From NCBI GenBank assembly GCA_964187785.1, contig OZ076409.1, positions 55,058,001 to 55,122,000 of the forward strand: 64,000 nt of DNA, read 5' to 3'. The notes under the pieces are model-generated. The model ran no database searches. It was not told the origin of the DNA and saw only the letters and a list, made by a program, of their open reading frames with translations. Of this stretch, positions 14,037 to 24,300 are shown one piece after another (position 1 is the stretch's first letter; every line of letters begins with the position of its first letter). The position numbers and the translations under genes were made by a program. This DNA comes from Amphiscolops sp. MND2022 (taxonomy: Eukaryota).

Positions 14037-14747
14037 TGTAACGTCAAGCTAACAGCTACATTCCAGAACCGGGACAATGCCCAGGTTGCCTTAACAAGAG
14101 ACCAGTGTCTTACAACAACCTAAACATTAGTTTTTGGTCCCAAATGGTCTCTGTAGGGACTTTTCCAAGACGCCGAGGAGACTCCTCATATTAGAGCTCC
14201 GTGGCGACGTGCCGGCACACTCAAAGTCCGGACACGTCCCAGAAGCACGTAAAAACGGTCCTAAAGGCTTCCTGCGATCCTACATACCTCCGAGGTCTAA
14301 AAACAGGGGTTTAGTCAGAGCACATCTCAATTAAGTGAATAATGTCTAAAATCAACACCTTCCAGGTTTACCATTAACAAATACCTGAAAATCTGCCAAA
14401 ATACTACAAAACAGCACTGGGGAGGCATTCTGAACAGTTCTCAGCGAGTTTTGAGCTTTGGGTTCAACTCACGCAAAAATCGCACCTTCTTCTTCATCTC
14501 TTTTCCGGCTCATTCTTGCGATTTTCCGGTTTTGATGGCACAACACTGGGGTATTGGCTAGTTTCTGTTTCTGAATATCTTCTTTCGCCGCTTTTCGGTC
14601 TTCTCTGTGTTCTGGGGGGGTCTTTTTGCTTTGTGTGTGCTTCCTTTTCGATTTCAACGACCTGCTAGGTCGGCCATTTTGATTCGCACACTTTTTGGGT
14701 ATTCTTCGAATTTTTGAAATTTTTGACCTTGACTGGTGGACGTTACA
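14037..14747 (-). repeat. 3' LTR (711 bp)
   Basis: TGTAACGTC...GACGTTACA 9-bp terminal inverted repeat; near-identical to 28385-29095 (about 4 substitutions counted by eye). Confidence 0.97.
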
Positions 14748-14760
14748 TCCTCCCCGGGCC
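14748..14760 (-). other. Polypurine tract (PPT)
   Basis: Minus strand reads GGCCCGGGGAGGA directly before the 3' LTR. Confidence 0.7.
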
Positions 14761-15995
14761 GTAGTTTGTCGTCCTCGGCAAACGAGAGAGAATGATACAT
14801 ACCCAGCGGGTCTTTTAGCAACATTATTTCATTTTTTTTACTGCTCCAAATTTCTGCATCATTTTTACAGCACTTTTTTTTTGACGTTAGCACTTTTTCA
14901 TCTTTTGAATTTAGCACTTTTTCAACATTCTAGAGGATAAAAACTTTTTCTCTAAAAGAAAACTCTTTCCACTCGTTTCAATCTAGTTAAAACTTCTTTG
15001 AAGGGTGGTAATGTACGCGGCATTCCAAGAATTGCAAGAAAGCATAGTTGCAGGAATTTCAATTGCAAATTTTTTGTTTTTGGGCAGGGAGGCACCAAGT
15101 TGGGACCCACCTACCAGGTAGGGTATAACAGAATGCACAATAGCACTTGAATCGGGTGTAATCAAAGCGTTGCAATGCCAAATGAACAGCTCCAATATAG
15201 AAACACTACAAATAACACGTCAAAGAAGATCACAACGTGAGAGTCCATTCAGTCCATCGTGTTCTGATGTTTGTTTGGGATCCCTTTCCACTGCGCTCAT
15301 TTTGAGTTCCAGGAATTCATTCATCGTCCACTCAAGTGTATAAAAGTCTGGCAGAACAAGCATTTCTGAAGTCAACAACCATGTGGCTTGAATGTATAAC
15401 ACTATTCAGACGACAAATACGTGATTGTATCTGGAACCGGTTCCGTATGGGGTGCTTCGCACAAATCGCAGGCTGAGTCAAATGTTTGGAGGCTGGTGGT
15501 TTGAAATTGACCACATATTCGTCTCTTATCATGTACGGTCTCACCATTCCATAGTTGATAACAGCAGTTGGTCGACGGTGATCTCCGGACAATTATGTTG
15601 ATTTCTTGTCGCTGTCAGTTGAATCCACATTGCTCGGACCGCTCTCTCATCCAAGTGAAAGATTAATGCACTGTGTACAAACAAGAAATGATAGCATACT
15701 GCGTTGGTGTGTAGCACCTGGGGTATAATCTGAAGAAGTTGCGAGGATGTAACTGGGATTTATGATCTGATACCGTGCAGGTTCAGCGAAATAGGACACA
15801 ACTGTAAAACAAGCAGCAGTTGTAGATTAAAACCTTTTTTGAATTGGAGCGAAATACAATATGATCAGACACAGACGAGACAGATAGTAAAACAATCCGC
15901 ATTAAGAACCAGTTCGCCAATTAGTTAAAACGACACATAAGCTTAAAAGAAGGCGAGTGGCCTTTCGAATGGCTATTTCTGAGTGCCACAGGCTT

Positions 15996-18900
15996 TCAAT
16001 CAAGCTTGTGCTTTACGTGGCTAGGGTGTGCTTTGACTGATGCAATCGACACATACACCCTGTCATGGAGAACTATGTCAACGTCTGAGTCAATGAAGTG
16101 ATCTCTCAACATAGAATACCAAGCTGGTAGTATGTTGATTGACCTTTCAGGATCATAGATAGGAAGGTGAACTCGGGTAATTTGAGCTTGGGCGAGCTTC
16201 TGCACCAGATCTGTCAGGCACAGATGTAGCACATCATGTAACGTGGGATGTTTGTTGGAGGCTCTTGTGAATAGTAGAAACATGTCGTTATTCCATGGCG
16301 CATCTGGTGATTTGGCGAGGTGTATGGCTTTTCCTACGGCTGGTCGTAGTTTGAAAATCTCTTCTTGGCCATATTCCCTGATGACGTAACGCGCCATTGC
16401 TGAGTATGACAGAAGATCAGCCGGACAGCATATCACCACAGTACCACGTGCTTGCAGTATATCGGTTTCATCGTAGGATATCCATGGTAGATAGTTCGGC
16501 TTGACTTTCGGGTGCGTTGTCAACAGTTTTTCCGTGACGGTGCTTTGATTGTCTTGACTTGGTTTGAGATGATCTAGAATGGCTTTACGGTCTTGCCACA
16601 CTGTTCTGCGCAAAGGCCTGTCTCTCAAATTCGTGCAAGACCAATCATGAACTACGGAGAGTGCTTCTAGCACGGTCACTGGGTTCTCAAACGTATACGT
16701 GTGTTTGTCCAGCAGGCGTATTTTGGCTTGGCGACAGAAAGTGATAGCTAGTAGCTGTAACCAATGTTGACTAAGGAATTTCCCGCGATAGATATCTGCT
16801 AGATGAAAACAAAGTGTGTCCTCGAACTCTACAAGTGTGCGCAAGTTCTCTAGACAAATCAATAGCGTTCCTGGGTTCACTGGTGATGTTTCGTCCAAGG
16901 AGGTGACTAATAGCCACCAACCAGCCGTTGGGTGATACACATCTCCAGGGGGGGAGGTCACACCGTATTGTTGCCATAGCTTTTGCGCGGTGATACAGCG
17001 TACCATTGCTACTTTCGTGTCTTCTGGCTCTATTTTTCCAAACACCATCGATGGTGGGAGCGGGGGAATGATAGCGGCCAACGTAAACTCTAATCCGCTC
17101 TTGTCGTGCCACGTCCACTCCTTGAACCGATAGGTGGGACAGTCTGAGGGCGGTGTTCCTTGCATGGCCTTTAGCGTGGTTTCCAATGGTGGGACCACAC
17201 CTGGTCCAATGCTCGAGTACGTCTTTTCTATTGAAATTACACCATGATGTACTTGTGGAACATCCTGGTCCTTTGCGTGTATGGATCTGATTGTATGTTG
17301 TATATGGTCTTCGAATATTTCGGTGTCGGCTAAGTCAAGAGCAGGAGCGTCCACTCCCCGGGCCAATCGCTTGTCCGGTGTTCTCACTTCAACTAGGTTG
17401 ACGCAACTACAGTTGCGGGAACCACAGGTTCCACACCTGTATCGTGGTGCTCTGTTACGTCGTAGCTGATAAGGTGGGGCTTGTGAAGGGGTTGGTTGCT
17501 CCGCTTCTCGTTGCTCTGGCGATATGCTTTCCGCTATGTTGGGTAATGTCATTGCACGTTCCAAAGTTTGAGACTGAGCTCTGGCTCTTACTCGGCCTCT
17601 CGCTCGCGTGTATGGTCTGTGCGCTCTTGTAAGTGTTCTGCTTGATGGAGTGGTACTTCCTCTTCTACGACCTTGAGGTCTGCCTCTTGGTCTGCCTCTT
17701 CTAGTTGCAGTTCTCCCTGATGAGGGTAACGTTTCCATGCTTTGACCGGGTTCTTGAATTTCTCTGTCAGTTCCTTCTTGGGGTTCGGCTTCCTCGGCAA
17801 GTTCTAGTCTTACCGAGCTACCAGCTCGAGAACTGAACAGTGGAAAATTACTCAATGTATCAGTTAAAGCTGGGTTCGAGAGCAATGGTGCTGATGTTCC
17901 TGATGGTGAGGGTATCAGACTTGGTGCTGGTTCAGGCAAGACTACTTCTTGATCCGAATACAGTGGTTCTAGGTCATCAATATCGGGAAAAACCACTGGT
18001 TGCTGTACTTCTTCAATAGGTTGACCCATTGGTTCTCGGTCAGATTCCGACTCAGACGGATATCCAAAGTGACTGAACCGTCGACGTGGGATTCCTCGTT
18101 CCAAAGCAGACTGGGCACGTGTCTGAATGGTGCGCGGTGGGACAGGCGCGGTTGGTTCCATTTCGAACGATGCCTCCGGCAGTTGTTCTGGAAGAAATGA
18201 GTCGCGCGATATGTCTGACGTTATCTCCTCATTACTCTCTTCCACGTACGGATCGGCAATGATGGCTACATTCTGGTCCAACCCGAAGGGTTGATGTGCT
18301 GCCCAATCCCATGGCGCTGGCACATGCTTCTTCAGACGTTCAAAATGAACTTTTTGACCTGTATCTAGCACATATAATCTTCCATCTTGCAACACATCCG
18401 TGACCTTGTGAGGTCCACGCCAGGCACGCAGAAGTTTGCGGGTACCACCCTTGGGAATTATATGGCAGAAGACCCAAACGGCATCACCCACGGCATGAGC
18501 TTTTGCCTTCAAGTGTCTGTCGAACTTCTGTTTTTGACGTACCTGCGCTTGATGAGTATTTCGACGAACGAGCTCGTGGATTTCTTGTTGTCTAGCAAGC
18601 AGGTGCTCTACGAATTCTTCTTTGGACTCAAACTCTCGCGCTGCGAATTCTGGGTATATAAACGAGAGCGGAATGGATTTTTCTGCGCCATGTTGGAGCA
18701 TATACGGGGAAAATCCGGTTGTTGCATGTCTAGTCGAATTGTAGGCACCCAAGACTCCGTCTATGTGCTCATCCCAGTCAAGCATTCTGCGAGACGTGTA
18801 GACTCGGAGCAAGGACAGTAACGTTCGGTTCTGGCGTTCCACTAAACCGTTGCCTCTCGGATGAGCTGGAGTAGACGTTACCTTGGTTACTTGCGAAGCT

Positions 18901-21314
18901 TTCATCAATTCTTGAGCAATTTCGGCAGTGAAGTTGGTGGCATTATCTGACTGCATCCTGGCAGGAGTGCCATGTCTCGCAAACCATTTGTTCAGGATAA
19001 TCTTTGCAGTCGTCTGTGCGTCATATTCATAGTGTGCACATGGGATTGCCTCTGCAAACTTGGTAAAATGGTCGATGATGACTAGCAATGCATTATTTCC
19101 TGACGTTGTCTTGCACAGTTTCAAATGGTCAAATTGCACTAGGTCATTAAAATTGCTGCTGTTAATACTCTGTAGGGGGTAACAGGGATTCCCAGCGGGA
19201 TGTTTTGTCTGTTGGCACGTTAAGCAGTGCTTAATATGATTGACGACATCACGTTTAATGCCTGGCCAAGTGTGGCGCTCCTGGATTCTCGCCAACACTT
19301 TACCAACGCCTTGGTGTCCTGATTCATCATGTGCTCTGTACAAAATCTCGTGCTGGTACAGCTGGGGCATGACGATCATACACGGTCGTACGTGCATCGC
19401 GCGTTGCTGCGGAATGTAGTTGACACACAAAATGTCATTTTGGTTCAGGAACAGCAAATCTTTCTTCTGATGGAAGTACCGTTTGGCAAAGTCTTGCACA
19501 TCCTCGGGGAACAAAGCGTCATCCAATGGCTCGTTCTTCATGAGCTTCTTCAGCGCTAGAAGGTGAACATCCCTGTTTTGAGCTAGATGTAGATCCTTTA
19601 TTCCACGCATTGTCGACTGATGCTCGTGAAGCTCAGTCCCAACTAGCCTAAGGACATCAGCTTGTTCTTGACACTGCATTGGCAATCTACGCAACGCTGG
19701 GTCGCGTTTGGTGGTGTCAAGACGTGCCGCTGGCACTTTGGTTGTTACAATAAGGATACAATTTGGTCTGTCGTTTTCGGTTGATGTCGGAGTGGTTTCC
19801 CATTGCACCTGTGGATACCACGGTATGGAGCTCGAAGACTGATCTGAGGTTAGATCCTCCTTTGGTGACTTCTTCAAAATGTACAGCACGGGGAGTTGTG
19901 CTCGAGCTTCGGGCGGAAGCTCCGGATGGTTTCGGATGAATTTTCCGTGTTTGTCAATATATGGCACAGTGGGGAGTTCTTCGTAGTCTTTCTGGGACAT
20001 GAAGCTGAATCCCTTACTCGCTTCTGGTAGAGCTTCCACAATCTTTTCCCGATGCACGTAGTCATTGGTCCTTTTGCTAAGACCGTCTGCATTTCGGTGT
20101 TGCGTGCGTGGTCTGTGGATCGTCTTGAAGTGATATTGGTCGAGGCGCGCAATCCAGCGTCCAATCATGGCTTGATCCATTGAATATGTCTTTAGCCACG
20201 AGAGAGCCTGGTTGTCCACGCGCAGCGTGAATTCCCGGCCTGCAAGGTAGGAATGAAATTTCTCGATAAAATAGAATACTGCATACATTTCCAGCTTCGG
20301 GGCACCATAATTCATTTGTGTTCGAGTCAGTGACTTGCTACCATAAACGATGGGACGAAGAATGGTCTTCCCATTGTACTCTTGTTCTTGGTGCAGTATG
20401 CCGGCTATAGCAACTGCACTGGCATCTGTGTCCAGAACAAAACGTCCTTCTTCGTTTGGCGCTGCCAAAGCTGTGGCATCGGCTAATGACTGTTTCACTG
20501 AGTCAAACGCTTCTTGATGTTTTTCTTTCCAGTAGAAGTGTTGGTTCTTCCTTAACAACTCCTGCATAGGTTGCACCTTAGCAGCGTGAAAAGGAATGAA
20601 GTCCCGGTAGTAGTTCGCAAATCCGAGGAAGCTTTGAAGTTCCTCTTTATTTCTCGGGGGCATCCATTCTTGGATTTTGCTAACAGCTGCCGGGTCTGGT
20701 TTTATACCTTCGGCTGAGACTACCCGTCCGAGGTATTTGGTTTCAGTGCGCATGAAATCACACTTCTCGGCTCGCATCTTGAAACCTGCCTCTCTGAGAC
20801 ACTCGAACACTTCTCTGATCCTCTCCAAATGATCTTCAATTGTTTCGGTGGCAATTACTATGTCGTCAATGTATGCCATGACAACACTTCCATGGCGTTG
20901 TTGAATCTTCTGAAGAGCTCTCGTGATCGACCGCTGAAATGTGGCCGATGCATTGCAAAGCCCAAAGGGCATTCGTCGCCATTCGAACAGTCCAAGCTCG
21001 CACGCGAACGCGGTCTTTCTGCGGTCACGTTTCTTCAGTGGAATCTGCCAAAAGGCCCACGCTAAGTCGATGCTCGTGAAGATTTTTGCATTCGCGATCC
21101 TTGAAAGATTTTCATCAATCCTGGGCAGTGGGAACGCGTCTTTCACTGTTACATCGTTCAGCGGGCGGAAGTCACAGCAAAAGCGAAGCTCGCCTGATTT
21201 CTTTTTCACCATGACAATCCCACTAGCCCACGGCGAGTAAGAGGGTTGTATCAGACCAAGGGCCAGCAAATTGTGCACTTCTTGGTTTGCTTTGGCTGCT
21301 TTGTCGGGAGACAT
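15996..21314 (-). CDS. Gypsy Pol: RT, RNase H, integrase, plus ~750-aa C-terminal extension with macrodomain-like modules
   Basis: RT (SPWASG, LRFCCDFRPLN, MPFGLCNA, YIDD), RNase H (LDTDAS, LEMYAV, VDNQAL, NADGLS), integrase HHCC (AHDESGH...CLTC), catalytic core (QFDH, QSDNA, GLVER) and GPF/Y-like WRGPHKV. Confidence 0.95.
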   Translation of the reverse strand: MSPDKAAKANQEVHNLLALGLIQPSYSPWASGIVMVKKKSGELRFCCDFRPLNDVTVKDAFPLPRIDENLSRIANAKIFTSIDLAWAFWQIPLKKRDRRKTAFACELGLFEWRRMPFGLCNASATFQRSITRALQKIQQRHGSVVMAYIDDIVIATETIEDHLERIREVFECLREAGFKMRAEKCDFMRTETKYLGRVVSAEGIKPDPAAVSKIQEWMPPRNKEELQSFLGFANYYRDFIPFHAAKVQPMQELLRKNQHFYWKEKHQEAFDSVKQSLADATALAAPNEEGRFVLDTDASAVAIAGILHQEQEYNGKTILRPIVYGSKSLTRTQMNYGAPKLEMYAVFYFIEKFHSYLAGREFTLRVDNQALSWLKTYSMDQAMIGRWIARLDQYHFKTIHRPRTQHRNADGLSKRTNDYVHREKIVEALPEASKGFSFMSQKDYEELPTVPYIDKHGKFIRNHPELPPEARAQLPVLYILKKSPKEDLTSDQSSSSIPWYPQVQWETTPTSTENDRPNCILIVTTKVPAARLDTTKRDPALRRLPMQCQEQADVLRLVGTELHEHQSTMRGIKDLHLAQNRDVHLLALKKLMKNEPLDDALFPEDVQDFAKRYFHQKKDLLFLNQNDILCVNYIPQQRAMHVRPCMIVMPQLYQHEILYRAHDESGHQGVGKVLARIQERHTWPGIKRDVVNHIKHCLTCQQTKHPAGNPCYPLQSINSSNFNDLVQFDHLKLCKTTSGNNALLVIIDHFTKFAEAIPCAHYEYDAQTTAKIILNKWFARHGTPARMQSDNATNFTAEIAQELMKASQVTKVTSTPAHPRGNGLVERQNRTLLSLLRVYTSRRMLDWDEHIDGVLGAYNSTRHATTGFSPYMLQHGAEKSIPLSFIYPEFAAREFESKEEFVEHLLARQQEIHELVRRNTHQAQVRQKQKFDRHLKAKAHAVGDAVWVFCHIIPKGGTRKLLRAWRGPHKVTDVLQDGRLYVLDTGQKVHFERLKKHVPAPWDWAAHQPFGLDQNVAIIADPYVEESNEEITSDISRDSFLPEQLPEASFEMEPTAPVPPRTIQTRAQSALERGIPRRRFSHFGYPSESESDREPMGQPIEEVQQPVVFPDIDDLEPLYSDQEVVLPEPAPSLIPSPSGTSAPLLSNPALTDTLSNFPLFSSRAGSSVRLELAEEAEPQEGTDREIQEPGQSMETLPSSGRTATRRGRPRGRPQGRRRGSTTPSSRTLTRAHRPYTRARGRVRARAQSQTLERAMTLPNIAESISPEQREAEQPTPSQAPPYQLRRNRAPRYRCGTCGSRNCSCVNLVEVRTPDKRLARGVDAPALDLADTEIFEDHIQHTIRSIHAKDQDVPQVHHGVISIEKTYSSIGPGVVPPLETTLKAMQGTPPSDCPTYRFKEWTWHDKSGLEFTLAAIIPPLPPSMVFGKIEPEDTKVAMVRCITAQKLWQQYGVTSPPGDVYHPTAGWWLLVTSLDETSPVNPGTLLICLENLRTLVEFEDTLCFHLADIYRGKFLSQHWLQLLAITFCRQAKIRLLDKHTYTFENPVTVLEALSVVHDWSCTNLRDRPLRRTVWQDRKAILDHLKPSQDNQSTVTEKLLTTHPKVKPNYLPWISYDETDILQARGTVVICCPADLLSYSAMARYVIREYGQEEIFKLRPAVGKAIHLAKSPDAPWNNDMFLLFTRASNKHPTLHDVLHLCLTDLVQKLAQAQITRVHLPIYDPERSINILPAWYSMLRDHFIDSDVDIVLHDRVYVSIASVKAHPSHVKHKLD

Positions 21315-21380
21315 GCGCCTTGCCCCTTTTCTGTGTGGTATTGCCTGCGACTCTAGCTCTATGCGATGTTTTGCAATTTT

Positions 21381-24300
21381 TCATCGTCCTATGTCGGATT
21401 TATTTTTCATGAACAGGTCATCGTATTCACTCAAAACGCTCGCTAATTTGTCTCTCGCCCCTTCCCCCCAAGAAGAAAGGACGGAAGAGAGATCAGGGCC
21501 TGGAATTGGCTTCAGCAATTGTGGATCTGTCCTTCTGCGTTTTTCATTTTCCGATAGTCCAATCTCTGACGGCTCAGTTGAAGACAAGAAGTTCTGTGCA
21601 AAGGAACTAAACTCTGAACTCGTGTCCAAATCTAAGTCTCTGTGCACTTGATTCACAAATTCGGCTGAAAGCTTCGAAGCTTCACGACTGTCTTGAATGG
21701 GAACGGAGTTGAACACAAAATTGGTGAGCACCGCTTTCCCAATTACGGTTTGTTCCTTGATTCTTACCCCTTCTTTAGCAGTTTGGTTTTTTAGGGCTAA
21801 GAAAACTACACCGTCTTCTCCCACGGAGGTTAGTGTATCTTCAGAAACAAATACTGCATTGAACTTAACATTACACGGGTTCACCATTACATTTCGGAAA
21901 TGAAACACGTTAGGTTGCTGCGTTATGATCTTCGCGCGCACAACTTTTCGTTCGAAAGGCCCTAAAGTAACCTCCTCGGCAGAAACAACGAATGATGGCT
22001 CTTGGTCACTGACCTCGTGAACTGCTTTGAAGATCCTAGGCGTTTCCGGGTCACGGATGGTTACTTTCATGGCTGCCAGGTCCACCAACACGTTGTATAT
22101 GCGCAAGAAGTTTCGGCCCAAGAGAAAGTCCTCTGAACCAATGTGGTCGGCTATGACTACGAAATTGGTCTTCAGCGTATGTCCGCCGAGCTGAAAGCTT
22201 ACATCCTCGGCTATGCCAACGGTGGTGATGCTTTTGCCATTGGCAGCGAAAAGTTCAATGTCACATGGTGATAGACTCAGCTCATGCTGGGAAGCGATTT
22301 TCTTGTACGCGCTCAATGAGAGGATGGAGACTCCCGAACCGGTGTCTATCATGCCGAAGAGTGGTATCGGCTTTTGCAAAGGAGTTCCGAATGCTACCAT
22401 TAGTGAGGCTCGCTCATCAATCTGGGCCTCTCCATGTGCATCCTGCATTCCGATGTTATAACAGCGCAGTTCTTGCGTGCCCAAATACAGGCCTTGTGGA
22501 AAGTGTCCTTCCAGGACAACAATTGCATCGAATTTCATGTCAACCCCATCAACCGTGATCGCTATGGGGACTGGTGCGATTGTCTTGACCTTCTGTATTG
22601 GGGCTAGCTTAGTCTCGTCACTTCTGGTGAAATGTGGTAAGGGTCTTGAAGCTATGGTAAGATTGGTGTTGCGACAAAGTTCTTCTTTCAATTGAGCCAA
22701 TGTAAGGTTGGGACGTGCTTTTTGTTCTGCTGATAATAACAGGTGAATGGATATTAGCGTCTCAGTACAATTAGGTGCTGGGGCTTCAAGCGTCGTCAGG
22801 ATTTGTTTTTCACCGCAAGTTACGACCACAGGACGTGAGGGGCCTCCTTCTTCAGAAGTCGAGATCACCCGTATTTGATCATCAGTATCAACAAAGTCCG
22901 CGGAATTCGTGACTGGGGCGTACCGCGCCGCTTTCACTTGTTCTTCTGTTGCTGCACTTTCAGGCACCATGCATTCGGACGCAGTGTTGCCCGTACAATC
23001 AAAATTGACGCGTAATGTGGGCGGTCCTTGTGCTGATGGTGCCGCAGGCACAACGTCGTTATTCATGCCATGAGGGTTAGAAGGACTAGTCCATTCACAA
23101 GCTGGGTTCGTTCGACATGAAGTAACTAGTTGTTGCACTGATTTGCGTGCGCGATCTTTCAAAGGGCAATCGGCAATGAAATGTGACGGGTCGCCACAAT
23201 TGAAACACGCTCTAGATGGCTTCGGTGGTTGCTGTCGAACAGCCACTGGCTGTGGAGGTAGCTGCCAATTAGGCGCTTGAGGAGCCGCTGCCAGTATCGG
23301 GTTTTGTTGTCTTGCAAGTAAAGGCTGTTGCTGTTGCTGAGGCGCTGGATAATTCTCCGAGCGGATAGGGCCGCGCATGTGCAAGTATTGTTGTACCGTG
23401 AACCGTAGTGCTTCCACTGTTGGAGGAGTATCCACGTACTGTTCTTGTGCGTACATGAGTGCGAGATTTCGCTTCAACTCAAAGCTGCGTACCCCTTCGA
23501 TGAACCTCTGCATGATTTCGTAGCGCCTTACAGTAACTTCTTCGTTAGGAAAACCTTGGCTGCGCAAACCTTCAAGAGCGTCAAGATACTGCATGTGGTC
23601 TTCGTCGTCGGACTGATTGCGTGTACGGAACTGCTGTTGTATTTGGAACTTGCTAGATCCCGTTCCAAATCGACGCGCTAGTAGCGCAAAGACTTTTTCA
23701 TCCGTGTCGCGCTCAGCCTCGGATTTGTTCATGATGTAGTCTTGTGCCTCATTCTCTAGGAATTCAACGATGGTCCATGCTCTGTCCAGTGGAGTATCCT
23801 TTGCGTGTGCTTTCTCCAAATAACGTTTCATGAGCATTAGCCAACCATCTATTATCCCGTCGCGCGTACCGCGGTATTTTGTTGGTATATTTTTGGCTTC
23901 TTTTGCTGCTAGCAAGGGTTCCAAACCCTTGGACATCGCGGTTGTTATTGCTTCGGCTAACGCTTGCCCATGTATTGTGTTCGGTGTATTGCTTTTTGCA
24001 GCATCTTCTACTGTTTCTGGATTCAAGTTTCTTTGATCGGGTTTCGTTCTGCTCTGGCGCTGAACTACTTCTCTATTGGTGGGTTGCTGAATTGAAGATT
24101 CATTAGTGGATGGTACGTTCGCAGGGTTTAGTGCCACCGGCACAGGTGAAGGACGACTTGGTACCGTCGCCACTACAGCTTTTACACCTAGGGTTAAATC
24201 TTGAACTGTAGTCATGAGGTCCACCATGCGCTTGTCGACATCTATTTCTCTGCGATGCATCGTTTCGGACATGAGCGTCAGTCTTTCATCGGCTTGTTGA

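Noticed and set aside
14134..14657. ORFs repeated at 28482-29122
   Set aside because: They are simply frames within the duplicated LTR sequence, with no recognisable motifs.
14983..15592. env-like or accessory ORF between Pol and the 3' LTR
   Set aside because: Only three short ORFs (60-86 aa) with no signal peptide, furin site or TM pattern; cannot be supported.
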